A stretch of 39,362 bases of DNA from a virus (lineage: Duplodnaviria > Caudoviricetes), in the IMG/VR virus record IMGVR_UViG_3300030376_000954, positions 1 to 39,362 of that record; one strand, given 5' to 3'. This document shows, piece by piece, positions 23,744 through 32,980 of this stretch. The notes under the pieces are model-generated. The model worked only from the letters and a program-made list of their open reading frames with translations. It searched no databases and had not been told where the DNA came from. The position numbers and the translations under genes are program-made. Each line of letters begins with the position of its first letter. The first letter of the stretch is position 1.

Positions 23744-26415
23744 GCTCGCTGCTCAATTCTAGTGGTGTACTGAGCCTCAAACTCAGCCGATTGGATATTA
23801 CTAGGTAGAGGGGAGGAATTGATGATTTCAATCTTGGCGTTTAGTGATTTTAGGAAAAGCGGGATTCTGAATGATCCTGTCTCACGCGGCACGGTGTCAG
23901 TGTTAGTCGCTGCAAGGAACCGACCACTAAAGGGGTAAGTAATAGCCGTGCCTTCAGCACCACCAATAATCGGGGTCACCTTGAGAGAAAATGCAGCAGT
24001 ATTGTCGTATTCCAGTGTCATGTAACGCAACTGGTGGCGACCCGTTGAGATAATGTCTACTCCCCCTTCTCGCGTACTTTTGAGTAGAGGCTTAGTGAAC
24101 TCGTAAGTCATGGTGTAAGGCTCACCAAAGAACACCTTGGTTGTCACGGGTATTTCTCCTTGAACCACCACAATTGTTTTTGACCCGTCCCAAGTTGCAC
24201 TATTTACAGTAAGCCGATCACCCGTAGAAGTCACAGCCTGCGTAACGCCCTCTGAAGCCGCCGTAGAGACCGCAGGAAACTGCAAGCCGGTCAAATGGTA
24301 GGTTGTGGTCACGGTGTCCGCAGAAGCCCGTGTAACCCCCGTAGTGCCCCCGCTCTGAGCGTAGTGAACTCTCCGGTCTAGCGTTGTGACATACGTTGCA
24401 CCTTCGTCAGTCAGGCCGGTCTGCAAGTCAATTCGCTCGATGTAGGTTTTGCTATTGCGGTTTACAAGCAAGAATAGGGATGTGCCAACGAATTCTATGT
24501 TCAATAGCGTTACATTGGTGAATTCAAACTTAAACCACGCCGACTGCATCCGTTGCTGCCGAGTATTGAAGTATTTGTACAGGTACAGTTCGGTATTTGA
24601 TCCTGCCAGCACAGCCACCAAGTTTTCGTGAGTCGATGCAGCAATCTTCCTTGTACTGCCTGTAATGTAGGTAGGCACTTGTGAGGTAATTTCATTCGCA
24701 TCAAACTGAATGTCTGTAGCGGAAGAACTTGCTTTGAAGTACTCTTGGAATCCGGTAAACGACCCACGTTTAAAGGGGAAGAATAGAGAAGTACCAGACG
24801 CCACGGGGGCAGCAGACGTATCTACATCAAAGTCAGTAACATTAGTTACGGAGACCGTCAGTGGTGACAAGATTGACTCACCCGCTAGAGAAAACTGGCT
24901 TCGCTCTGAGAACAACATGAGTCGGTCACTAAACGGGACTGCTCGGTCAAGTTTGGACACAACCGTACCGCCCACACCTACATCAATAACCGATGAGTCT
25001 AAGAGTTGTGTGACGGTGGTTCTGAAGAAGTTGAAGAAGAATCCAACCTCCGAGAGACTTACATTCTCACCACTTGTCACTACCAATCGGTTCTTAAAGA
25101 AGGAGATGTCTGTAATTTCTTGCCCAATGAATGAGGGAGGGGGATTAGTCAGATCGTCTCCGGTTTCTCGCGGCGTGAACTTAAATGAAGCCCAATCAAC
25201 CGTAGCATCAACCGTACCGCCAGTGGGAGTAACTCCATTAGCATCGGTAAACACAAATGATCCGTTTGGCTGGCGTACCAGAATGTGGGGCAGTGTTGCG
25301 GCGTCGTAATCTGTAGCCACTCCCGGTCGGGGAACTTCAACCCAACTACCCTCTTTCATGTCACCAATAGTGGTCTCGCCGTCTGCTAGAAATTTGACGT
25401 AGTAATCATCTACAGCAGTTTCAGGACTTCCTTCTACTTTGACAATCATCTTGTGTGGGGCCGTTGTCGGCAAGTCAGAGAAGAAAGTAGTACTTTCACG
25501 GACTACAGTAAAACCAGCATCACCAAAGTTGTTTTCGACAACAACTGAAAAGTCTGCCGGTCCTCCGCCTGTAACGTCCTCAAGAAAGATCACGCCGTTT
25601 TTTGCAACAGCATTAACGTTAGTAAAGTTAGTAAGGCCAGTAGTGCTGCCACCACCAAAACTGTCGGTTGAGTTTGTAACCGTAAGGTTTGTGTAGCCTG
25701 TGCCTCCAAGTGCAAGGGCTTTTGCAATCTCTACGATTGAGGGCACAACCGGATTTACATTATCGTCCTCGGCAATTGCTCCACCTGCGGCATCTGTAAC
25801 AGTGTGCGTAACGCGAACGGTGTACGGAGTTACCCCATCTCGACCCAGTGTAACTTCCCAAACATTACCAATTCCCGACGCTTTGAGAACAATCAATGCT
25901 TCAAAGGGAGCGTTTGTTTTTTCACGAGACTGCACAGCAAGGTCACTGGCTCCAGTCTTCATTTCAGGTGTAATTGATGTGTTTACAATGTACGTTACAT
26001 CTGCAATCGTAAAGGCACGCAATGTATCTGCGGGGTTAGCAATATCTCCGGGGTCGCCGCCATTATTTCCAATGTAGTAGTCATCAGCATCTAGGCCGCC
26101 GTCAATTGCGACTGTTTTAGCCGTACCATCTAACGTACTGACTTTTACATCTCCCTGCCCATCAAGCATCACAATGTATTGCTCAGTATTGTCTCGTTGA
26201 ACAACGTGAGTAAACATGCTAGTGCTATTAATTGACGCACCGCCAAAAGCCGTAACTTCAGACACATGGTTTGTAGGAGGACGTTTGATCAAGCCACCAA
26301 CAATCAACGGCATCGCATTAGTCTGTGCTTGGCACTGGTTGGGGAGGCGTTGTGAAATTGGTTGTTGAGATACACCCCCGACCAAATCCGGTACAGAAGT
26401 TAGTACTAAAGGCAT
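23740..26415 (-). CDS. Tail tubular protein B (gp12-like)
   Basis: GGVSQQP, GLIKRP, ADVTYIVN, LPHILVR, NPPPSFIG, FFKNRL, QSAWFKF. Confidence 0.95.
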   Translation of the reverse strand: MPLVLTSVPDLVGGVSQQPISQRLPNQCQAQTNAMPLIVGGLIKRPPTNHVSEVTAFGGASINSTSMFTHVVQRDNTEQYIVMLDGQGDVKVSTLDGTAKTVAIDGGLDADDYYIGNNGGDPGDIANPADTLRAFTIADVTYIVNTSITPEMKTGASDLAVQSREKTNAPFEALIVLKASGIGNVWEVTLGRDGVTPYTVRVTHTVTDAAGGAIAEDDNVNPVVPSIVEIAKALALGGTGYTNLTVTNSTDSFGGGSTTGLTNFTNVNAVAKNGVIFLEDVTGGGPADFSVVVENNFGDAGFTVVRESTTFFSDLPTTAPHKMIVKVEGSPETAVDDYYVKFLADGETTIGDMKEGSWVEVPRPGVATDYDAATLPHILVRQPNGSFVFTDANGVTPTGGTVDATVDWASFKFTPRETGDDLTNPPPSFIGQEITDISFFKNRLVVTSGENVSLSEVGFFFNFFRTTVTQLLDSSVIDVGVGGTVVSKLDRAVPFSDRLMLFSERSQFSLAGESILSPLTVSVTNVTDFDVDTSAAPVASGTSLFFPFKRGSFTGFQEYFKASSSATDIQFDANEITSQVPTYITGSTRKIAASTHENLVAVLAGSNTELYLYKYFNTRQQRMQSAWFKFEFTNVTLLNIEFVGTSLFLLVNRNSKTYIERIDLQTGLTDEGATYVTTLDRRVHYAQSGGTTGVTRASADTVTTTYHLTGLQFPAVSTAASEGVTQAVTSTGDRLTVNSATWDGSKTIVVVQGEIPVTTKVFFGEPYTMTYEFTKPLLKSTREGGVDIISTGRHQLRYMTLEYDNTAAFSLKVTPIIGGAEGTAITYPFSGRFLAATNTDTVPRETGSFRIPLFLKSLNAKIEIINSSPLPSNIQSAEFEAQYTTRIEQRA

Positions 26416-27053
26416 TAGACAATACCTCTCTGAGCATCCCCTCGATTAACAATACGCATGGTGTCAAAGTTGTCAAAGATGGTGTGATCAGCAGTATCCA
26501 TCTCAAACTCTTTCATCAAGGCTAACGCTCGGATCTCATCGGCTTGGCTAAATGCGTGATGCTTCTGAGACCCTACCATGCGATCTTGAAAGACTCGTGA
26601 AGCCTTGACTGTAATGTAACGCCTTGCTGCTTCAGGCAGTTTTGTGAACTCCAACAGGTACACCACGGTAACTTTTACCGACTTGGTGAATTGATTTGTG
26701 TTGTTCGTTCGGTCAAACAATTCAGTACCACGCTGAGTAATGTCGCGGTTATCTGTTTGACTACTGACGGTTCCTACTTCTGTTGCCTTCTTTATACGGG
26801 GGTCAACATCAATACGAACAACGTCATCAGGCAAGACTATTAAATTGTCACTATTAGGAGAAAATTCCACATCGTGTTGGGTATTAAAGTGCCAGCCCAT
26901 TGTTTGGACTTCACGATTTACCTCCTCCAAGATGTTTTGAGCAATTGCCGCATCAGCATTAGTTTGCGAATCCAACGTGGTAACTGGGGGTTCTCCCACA
27001 GCAGAAAGAATGGTATTCACAGCATTTAATTCTGTGGTCATTGCAAGTGGCAT
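26415..27053 (-). CDS. Tail tubular protein A (gp11-like)
   Basis: TELNAVNTILSAVGEPPV, GWHFN, LPEAARRYITVKASRVF. Confidence 0.95.
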   Translation of the reverse strand: MPLAMTTELNAVNTILSAVGEPPVTTLDSQTNADAAIAQNILEEVNREVQTMGWHFNTQHDVEFSPNSDNLIVLPDDVVRIDVDPRIKKATEVGTVSSQTDNRDITQRGTELFDRTNNTNQFTKSVKVTVVYLLEFTKLPEAARRYITVKASRVFQDRMVGSQKHHAFSQADEIRALALMKEFEMDTADHTIFDNFDTMRIVNRGDAQRGIV

Positions 27054-27067
27054 AACTACTCCTAATT

Positions 27068-27105
27068 AGAAAATAGAGTCAGCCCCAGTTTCCCGAGGCT
27101 GACTC
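27068..27105 (-). terminator. Tphi-like terminator downstream of the capsid gene
   Basis: GAGTCAGCCTCGG-GAAA-CTGGGGCTGACTC followed by TATTTT. Confidence 0.8.
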
Positions 27106-27151
27106 CAAGTGGAGAACTCAAACGAGTTAAGTGTAACAACGATTAGGGGGT

Positions 27152-28282
27152 TTAGCCCGTTCCGTCATCAACCAATTCGTAGCAACATTCAGGACGCAGA
27201 ACGCCGTGACCCATTGCGTACTTGGCAAGCATGAGCGTGCCCATTCGTTCCATGAAGTACTCGGACTCCATAGACAAGTCCATCAACTTAACAGTGCCAA
27301 CACCTTCGGTCTGGAAGACAATACCCTTGGTGTTGGTAAAGTTAGCAGCGTATCCGGTAGTACCACCAAACACGTTGTTGTTGATTTCTGGTGCGTCGAG
27401 CAAAGCATCGCCGGTTTCATTAACACCAGATGGCAAGTGAGTCGACTTCAGGATGCGAACACCAGCAATCTCGACCAACTCACCGCCGGACAACGAACCG
27501 TTGCCTTCTGGGTTGAAGTCGCGGTTGATGGCATCCTTGTTCTCAGTCAGCAACTTGTAGTAGTTATCTGGAGTGAGAATACAGAATCGACCGTCACGGG
27601 ACACGTTCTTGCTATCCATCAGGTTAGCGGCTTTGAAGATGCCTTCGTAAAGTTGGCTACCCACAGTTGCATTAGCACCCGTGTCGCCACCGTACTGACC
27701 TTCCGAGTTTTGGAAGTTGCCGTCCGAGGAAGTACCATCAATGTTGATAATACCACCGAGGTACTTGCTTGCTGCCAAAGCGGCTGCTCCGTCAGTGGTT
27801 GAGGAGGAGAAGCGATCAGTTCGCTCCCGTGCCCCTGCAATGACGGTACGCATGATTGCTTTGTCCGCGTGGTAAGCCAAAGCCCGTCCGATTTCGGTGG
27901 AGTAGATTCCACGCACATCGTAGTGATTCTTGGCTTCATCAATGTCAGCAATAAATGCGGACGAGGTAAGAACACCGTCAATAGAGATGGTGACTTCACC
28001 GTGATTAATGGCGGACAAGTACTGAGTGCCGCCGTCATCGTCCTTCAGGACGCTTTCACCGGGAGTGTGGTACTTAGCAGAAGCAACGCCAGTCACTGGG
28101 AACTGAGCGGTCTTCCCGTTATTGATGGTACGCACACGGTGCAGACCCATCATCAAGTTGGTTTCCTCAAAGGTGGTCAGGACTTCGCCGCTGAAAACCT
28201 TGAGAAAAAGTGCATCAACCCCTGCACCAGTATTGGCCGCATTTTGACCAAAACGGTTGGGGCTAGAAATTGAATATGCCAC
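27152..28282 (-). CDS. Major capsid protein (gp10-like)
   Basis: ALFLKVFSGEVLTTF, GKTAQFPV, HYDVR..YSTEIGRALA, KYAMGHGVLRPEC; AAGGAG RBS. Confidence 0.97.
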   Translation of the reverse strand: MAYSISSPNRFGQNAANTGAGVDALFLKVFSGEVLTTFEETNLMMGLHRVRTINNGKTAQFPVTGVASAKYHTPGESVLKDDDGGTQYLSAINHGEVTISIDGVLTSSAFIADIDEAKNHYDVRGIYSTEIGRALAYHADKAIMRTVIAGARERTDRFSSSTTDGAAALAASKYLGGIINIDGTSSDGNFQNSEGQYGGDTGANATVGSQLYEGIFKAANLMDSKNVSRDGRFCILTPDNYYKLLTENKDAINRDFNPEGNGSLSGGELVEIAGVRILKSTHLPSGVNETGDALLDAPEINNNVFGGTTGYAANFTNTKGIVFQTEGVGTVKLMDLSMESEYFMERMGTLMLAKYAMGHGVLRPECCYELVDDGTG

Positions 28283-28339
28283 GATTGTGACTCCTTTTCA
28301 ATAAACCCTTAAAACAGTTGATGGTTTCCTTTTAGTCCC

Positions 28340-28603
28340 TCAGTTATCCGACGCATCGGGCCAAGTTTCTTCTTCAGAACCATTCAAAGATCCGGCGTAC
28401 CAACCTTCTGGTAACCGGACTACAGAGGACGAGAGGGACCATCCCTCACCATCCCAATAGTAGACTTTTCCACGGACATCGGGGCCGAGCCTCACGAGTC
28501 CATCACTTTCTTCCACGAATACGACGCTGGAACTCTGACATCCTACGCTTCCAAGCATGATGCTCAGGAGGACGAGTAGCGTCTTTGGCGGTTTTGCCTG
28601 CAA
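28340..28603 (-). CDS. Outer-membrane lipoprotein, o-spanin (Rz1)-like; start uncertain
   Basis: KPPK plus LLVLLSIMLG plus lipobox SVGC; overlaps the upstream TM gene in another frame. Confidence 0.6.
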   Translation of the reverse strand: MQAKPPKTLLVLLSIMLGSVGCQSSSVVFVEESDGLVRLGPDVRGKVYYWDGEGWSLSSSVVRLPEGWYAGSLNGSEEETWPDASDN

Positions 28604-28655
28604 GTACGAATGGAAGAAGTACCTGAAACAAAGCAGTAAATAGTGCATTCCACAT
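28503..28655 (-). CDS. Small N-terminal TM protein, i-spanin (Rz)-like
   Basis: MWNALFTALFQVLLPFVLAG after GAGGA, directly downstream of the endolysin. Confidence 0.55.
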   Translation of the reverse strand: MWNALFTALFQVLLPFVLAGKTAKDATRPPEHHAWKRRMSEFQRRIRGRK

Positions 28656-28656
28656 C

Positions 28657-29577
28657 TCACAATCCTCTGCGAACAATTGCAGCGTTCCGCAATGCTCGGT
28701 TCCGTGTAACACCGCGACCATAGTCCGAGTCCATCACCTCAAGAGCCGCTGTGTTGAAATCGCCTTTGTTAAGGGCTGCAATCATTTTCTCAAACTTAAG
28801 CAGCCCCGATTTTTTGTACGTTCCTACACCCATGTTGTACGCCATGTCTTGAAGCACAATTTGAGTACCTCTTGGCAATTCGGTGTACTTAAAGTGCGGT
28901 GTTTGTTTAAGCAACTGTAGATTGTCTTGCACAACAAGATTGACCAAATCACGGCCTTGCGTCTCTGTAATCTTGTGTGTACTTCCTTTTACAAACACAG
29001 TATCTGGGTTTACACCCATGCGTCGAAAGTAGGCTTCTGCTTGCGGTGTTCGTGTTGAACCATACCCGATTGTTGGCACGTTCCACCCATTCTTAGGATC
29101 AGGGTCAGCATACGCAATTGACTCAAAACCTTCGTTATCAAGAAGGTAAGAAGTAATGTCGGTAGGTATTTTTACCTTCGGACCTTTGTTCTTTTTCTTC
29201 CCCGAGGGTTGATCGAACAACTTTTTAATAGCCGATGGTTTTTGACTCGCGGGCACGTTTAGGCTTTGGCCCACACCAATTCGATCAGCATCTTCAATGC
29301 TTGGATTAAGGCGAAGTAGTCCAGCCACCGTGGTTTTGTATTGGCGAGCAAGGCGAGACAGGTTGTCGCCACTTTGAATGGTGTAAGTTCCTACTTGCCT
29401 TTTGGGTGGATCGACTGGGGCATTGACACCGCGTGGAAGTTTTAGGCTTTGACCCGCGACAATCTCATCGGCGTTTCCGATTTCGGGGTTCAGGGCAAGA
29501 AGGTCATTTACCGTAGTGTTGTACGTCTGAGCAATAGTACTCAGGTTGTCGCCCGTTTTAATTTGGTAGTCGTTCAT
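28657..29577 (-). CDS. Endolysin: two LysM domains plus GH24/T4-lysozyme-like domain
   Basis: YQIKTGDNLSTIA...GQSLKLP and YTIQSGDNLSRLA...GQSLNVP LysM repeats; NEG...AYAD...TIGYG and DMAYNMG...FEKM..AL. Confidence 0.92.
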   Translation of the reverse strand: MNDYQIKTGDNLSTIAQTYNTTVNDLLALNPEIGNADEIVAGQSLKLPRGVNAPVDPPKRQVGTYTIQSGDNLSRLARQYKTTVAGLLRLNPSIEDADRIGVGQSLNVPASQKPSAIKKLFDQPSGKKKNKGPKVKIPTDITSYLLDNEGFESIAYADPDPKNGWNVPTIGYGSTRTPQAEAYFRRMGVNPDTVFVKGSTHKITETQGRDLVNLVVQDNLQLLKQTPHFKYTELPRGTQIVLQDMAYNMGVGTYKKSGLLKFEKMIAALNKGDFNTAALEVMDSDYGRGVTRNRALRNAAIVRRGL

Positions 29578-29813
29578 TTACGCCGCCTACCTGATGCGGT
29601 GATTTGCCAATTAACACGACCACTACCAGTCTTGCGACGAGCAGTAGCCTTCTTCTCTTTGATTGAAAGACGTTTCGCTACAGATGCTGGGCGACATGCG
29701 GGGTAGGGACGTTTTGATCCACCTTTGGCAGACTTACGTCCACAAGGTTTTCCAGTTTTTACATCTACCCACTTCTCCTTAAACCATTTCCGAAGCCCGC
29801 CTTGGTAACTCAT
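29574..29813 (-). CDS. Small basic protein (DUF5872-like)
   Basis: GLRKWFKEKWVDV..GKPCGR...YPACRP. Confidence 0.75.
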   Translation of the reverse strand: MSYQGGLRKWFKEKWVDVKTGKPCGRKSAKGGSKRPYPACRPASVAKRLSIKEKKATARRKTGSGRVNWQITASGRRRK

Positions 29814-29968
29814 TTTCCAACTTTACGCTTTGCAATGGTGTGAGCCTGACCAAAGGTTTTGCCCTTAATCATCAAGTCACGCATTGTCTTCATGTGTTTT
29901 GCAGTGTGATGCTCAGAGTGACGTTTCATGGTCTGCTCTTGGCGTTTTGTCAATTTCTTTTTCTTCAC
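29810..29968 (-). CDS. Small His/Lys-rich protein (52 aa, not in ORF track)
   Basis: GTG 29968 after GGAGGT: MKKKKLTKRQEQTMKRHSEHHTAKHMKTMRDLMIKGKTFGQAHTIAKRKVGK; 4-nt overlaps at both ends. Confidence 0.75.
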   Translation of the reverse strand: MKKKKLTKRQEQTMKRHSEHHTAKHMKTMRDLMIKGKTFGQAHTIAKRKVGK

Positions 29969-30147
29969 GATTTACCTCCACGCCATCCACCACCCTTGGA
30001 CTTGTACCATTTAGAAGCCCACGCATTTGCATAGGCTGACGGGTACACCTTGAACTTTTTACGGGCCATCGCTTTTGCTCGTGACCATAGGGAAGGGTTG
30101 GTTGGTGTTGGGCTTCCCTTTTTGATCTTGAGTTTTTTGCGAGCCAT
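29965..30147 (-). CDS. Small basic protein (DUF5872-like)
   Basis: PTNPSLWSRAK...FKVYPSAYAN.W..KWYKSKGGGW. Confidence 0.75.
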   Translation of the reverse strand: MARKKLKIKKGSPTPTNPSLWSRAKAMARKKFKVYPSAYANAWASKWYKSKGGGWRGGKS

Positions 30148-30151
30148 TGTG

Positions 30152-30217
30152 TCAATATCCCTTTTTAGGTTTGGGCTTTTTGACGGGAACGGGTTTCTTT
30201 GGTTTTCCGTATGCCAT
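30152..30217 (-). CDS. 21-aa Lys/Pro-rich peptide (not in ORF track)
   Basis: TAATG coupling and GGAG RBS; MAYGKPKKPVPVKKPKPKKGY; fills the gap exactly. Confidence 0.55.
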   Translation of the reverse strand: MAYGKPKKPVPVKKPKPKKGY

Positions 30218-30420
30218 TACTTTGCTCCATTCTTAAGAGTGAGTCGAGAACCTGTGTAGCCCATTGCAACAAATGCAGTGTTTAACAAGGCAACAACTTG
30301 AACCCAAGGGCCATCGGTAGGAACGACTCCTGAACCAATAACTGCACCAAGTCCGACTGCACAAAGTGAAAGCCAGAATTCGGTTGTTTTGTATCCGGTT
30401 TTAGATTCGGTTTGTGACAT
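30217..30420 (-). CDS. Two-TM holin-like membrane protein
   Basis: KTGYKTTEFWLS followed by two hydrophobic helices; near the endolysin. Confidence 0.6.
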   Translation of the reverse strand: MSQTESKTGYKTTEFWLSLCAVGLGAVIGSGVVPTDGPWVQVVALLNTAFVAMGYTGSRLTLKNGAK

Positions 30421-30422
30421 AA

Positions 30423-30650
30423 TTAGTATCTCCGAGGAATTGACATTGACAAAGCACGGCGAGAAGCAAACGGGGACTTCATTGCCCGAGACCTTCGTTT
30501 TGCTACGCGGCTTGGTGGATTCGACATGGCTCGCTGCTGTTCAAGAGGAGCGGACGTAGGAGGAGGAGGAAACATAGGGGGAACCGCTTCAGGGGCTTGT
30601 CTCTCCCGCCTCTTTAACATGGCGACAGACGCTGCTTGAGGGGTACACAT
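30423..30650 (-). CDS. Small Met-Cys-start, Pro/Arg-rich protein (gp6.7/7.3-like)
   Basis: MCTPQA after AAGGAAG; Pro-rich middle and basic C-terminus. Confidence 0.65.
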   Translation of the reverse strand: MCTPQAASVAMLKRRERQAPEAVPPMFPPPPTSAPLEQQRAMSNPPSRVAKRRSRAMKSPFASRRALSMSIPRRY

Positions 30651-30660
30651 TTTTGCTTCC

Positions 30661-31440
30661 TTACAAAATTGAACTTTGACCCAATTTGGCTTCAACGGCT
30701 CGACGATACGCAGGGTCGTTTTTGTATCGAGGATCTTTCATTGCTGTTGTTAGTTGCGACAGGGACTCAAATCTTTCAGACGATTGGTTGTACCCAGTAT
30801 CGCCTTGAATCAATGATTGTGGCGTAGGCCGACCACCTTGAGATTCCCATCGACTCTTAAGACTGTTGACGGCAAACCGAACAGAATTCTCATCACCCTG
30901 CATAACAACATTGTTAAATGCTTCGATTTCTTCTGGTGGGATATTGTCAGCCGCCCAATTGACCATCTGCTCATAGGACTCTTGACCGCCTACTGAGGAG
31001 TAAACTTCTTGCAACTCCATAGCGGTTTGAGCCTTCATTCCTTCGACATAGCGATCAACCATGTCTCTGGGCAAACCCATTTCAGAAATAGCCTGTCGAG
31101 ATGTTTCGGAGATATCGCCGGTCTGCTCAAACTCAACTGTGTAGGGGTCCATTGACTCCGCACTAATGAATTGACCTTGAGGCTGCTCTTCTACTTCTTC
31201 TCCGGTTCTTGATCGGCTGTATTCCGATTGGAGGGCTGCGTAGGCTGCTGCAAGTGCTTCAGGCGAGTCAAACTTCTCAGGGAGCCATTCGGGTCGTTCT
31301 TCGGCAAATTGTTCAACTTGGCCTTCTTGCGGGGCTTGCGGCTCACCTAAGCGTTGCTCCATTTCTTGTGCTTGTTGTTCCAGCGAAGGGGCTTCAGTTT
31401 CTGAGTCCCTGACAATTTCAACTTTTTCATAGTCTGCCAT
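30661..31440 (-). CDS. Capsid assembly scaffolding protein (gp9-like)
   Basis: ERPEWLPEKF, VGGQESY..MVNWA, AMKDPRYKNDPAYR. Confidence 0.95.
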   Translation of the reverse strand: MADYEKVEIVRDSETEAPSLEQQAQEMEQRLGEPQAPQEGQVEQFAEERPEWLPEKFDSPEALAAAYAALQSEYSRSRTGEEVEEQPQGQFISAESMDPYTVEFEQTGDISETSRQAISEMGLPRDMVDRYVEGMKAQTAMELQEVYSSVGGQESYEQMVNWAADNIPPEEIEAFNNVVMQGDENSVRFAVNSLKSRWESQGGRPTPQSLIQGDTGYNQSSERFESLSQLTTAMKDPRYKNDPAYRRAVEAKLGQSSIL

Positions 31441-31444
31441 TTAA

Positions 31445-32980
31445 TTATTCCGGTGCAGGTTCTTGTGCTGCTGCTGCGTCTGCGATGGCTTGTGGCCCAG
31501 CCGCCTGAGCCATTTGAGCCATCTGGGCTTGTTGACGCATAGTAGCAAGTTCTTCTTCGGTTCGTACCAAACCCTTACGGTCGATGCCCAATGATGCAGC
31601 ACGCCTACTGAGGTACTCCGATACGTTGATGTACTCTTGAATGGCTTGTGGCCCAAGAGTCTGTGCGATGCCCGCCAGATACAGATCAAGACGGTTCAAG
31701 TCTGACCCACGGCCCAAGGCTTCGATACCTGTGATAATCGTGGGTGAGATAATGTCCTTTGGTAGTTTGGGGAGTTTCTTTTTCTTTGACATCTGCTGCA
31801 TGACTCGATTGAGCATTGGCAGTTGAAAGTCTTGAGAAAGTACTGAGTAGATACCGCCCAGTTGCTTTTCAATGGACTGAGTTACAAGCCTTACTTCTTC
31901 TGCCGTGACCCGATCCGCATTCCGAATAGTAGATTCGGTGAGGAGGAACGCATACGAAAGGCGGTCTTCAATTTGTTTGATTGCACTAAAAGCGACACTG
32001 AAATCCGACGCCTTCGCTGTTTGGAGAACACTAACATCATTTGCTGATCCTTCTCTAATTGCCCCGTTAGGTGAATCCGCAAGGGTGCGGGCACGAGTAG
32101 TTCCGTTGGGATTGACGAGAAACAGGATCTTAGAAGCCGCCGCCGACCCCTCAACAATTGCTTTGGTCAAGCCCTCAAGAGAGGAAAGGTCGCCGTAGTA
32201 CTGCTCGACATAACCTCGACCGTAGTCTTCTCCGTCTACACGAATCATCCGAAGAGCAAGGAACGGAGCAGCATCTTTCCTGTACCTCTGCTTTGTTTCT
32301 TCAACAGGAACACCCGCGATCTCTTGGGTAATCTCAACCTCTTTGTCGCTCACGACTTCTTGTTTGGTGTACATCTCCACTGAATCACGAGAGGACTCAG
32401 ACTGAGCCGCAACCAATTGCTTGAGGTTTTCAGGAAGAGTCGCAGGTGCAACATTTTCTTTGAGAATAATGCACTGTGCGTTGCCCATTGGATCCCGCTT
32501 AACAACAAAGCGATCAAGTCTGCAAACACGGACTGGTCCCTCTTCCTGTAGATACAGCAAAGAGTTTCCCGTAACAATCAAGTGCTTCAATGCCTCAAAG
32601 AGAGCCACACGCATGTTGGTGGACTCGATCTCCTTGCTGATTGATCGCTCAACTTGAGACAAAGAGTCTTCAACTTCTGTCCTAATTTTTGGATCAATGT
32701 TCTCAATTTTTCTCTCTTCAGCCTCGTCCATAACAAGTCGAAAGAAGGGGGCGTTGGGAGGCAAGAGAGAAAGAAGGAGAGCAGAGGCTAAGTTGTTCAC
32801 ACCTCTCGCACCCACAGACTGGTACGGGGTAGTGAAGCGAGTTGCTGCGTTGTTACCTGCGTCAGGTAAAAGAGTAGGAAGGGTCAGCCGCGAAGAGTCT
32901 CGACCACGATCTAAGTACATGCTGCGTGTCGCAGCCATTCGTTCGTATGCACTCTTTAGGTTGCCTTCACCGTACTGCAT
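31445..32980 (-). CDS. Portal / head-to-tail connector (gp8-like)
   Basis: QSVGARGVNNLASALLLSLLPPNAPFFRL, GEDYGRG, RVTAEEVR, ITGIEALGR. Confidence 0.97.
   Translation of the reverse strand: MQYGEGNLKSAYERMAATRSMYLDRGRDSSRLTLPTLLPDAGNNAATRFTTPYQSVGARGVNNLASALLLSLLPPNAPFFRLVMDEAEERKIENIDPKIRTEVEDSLSQVERSISKEIESTNMRVALFEALKHLIVTGNSLLYLQEEGPVRVCRLDRFVVKRDPMGNAQCIILKENVAPATLPENLKQLVAAQSESSRDSVEMYTKQEVVSDKEVEITQEIAGVPVEETKQRYRKDAAPFLALRMIRVDGEDYGRGYVEQYYGDLSSLEGLTKAIVEGSAAASKILFLVNPNGTTRARTLADSPNGAIREGSANDVSVLQTAKASDFSVAFSAIKQIEDRLSYAFLLTESTIRNADRVTAEEVRLVTQSIEKQLGGIYSVLSQDFQLPMLNRVMQQMSKKKKLPKLPKDIISPTIITGIEALGRGSDLNRLDLYLAGIAQTLGPQAIQEYINVSEYLSRRAASLGIDRKGLVRTEEELATMRQQAQMAQMAQAAGPQAIADAAAAQEPAPE

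Noticed and set aside
27106-27160. T7 10A/10B-type capsid frameshift extension
   Set aside because: No clear slippery site, and only about 45 nt separate the stop codon from the terminator
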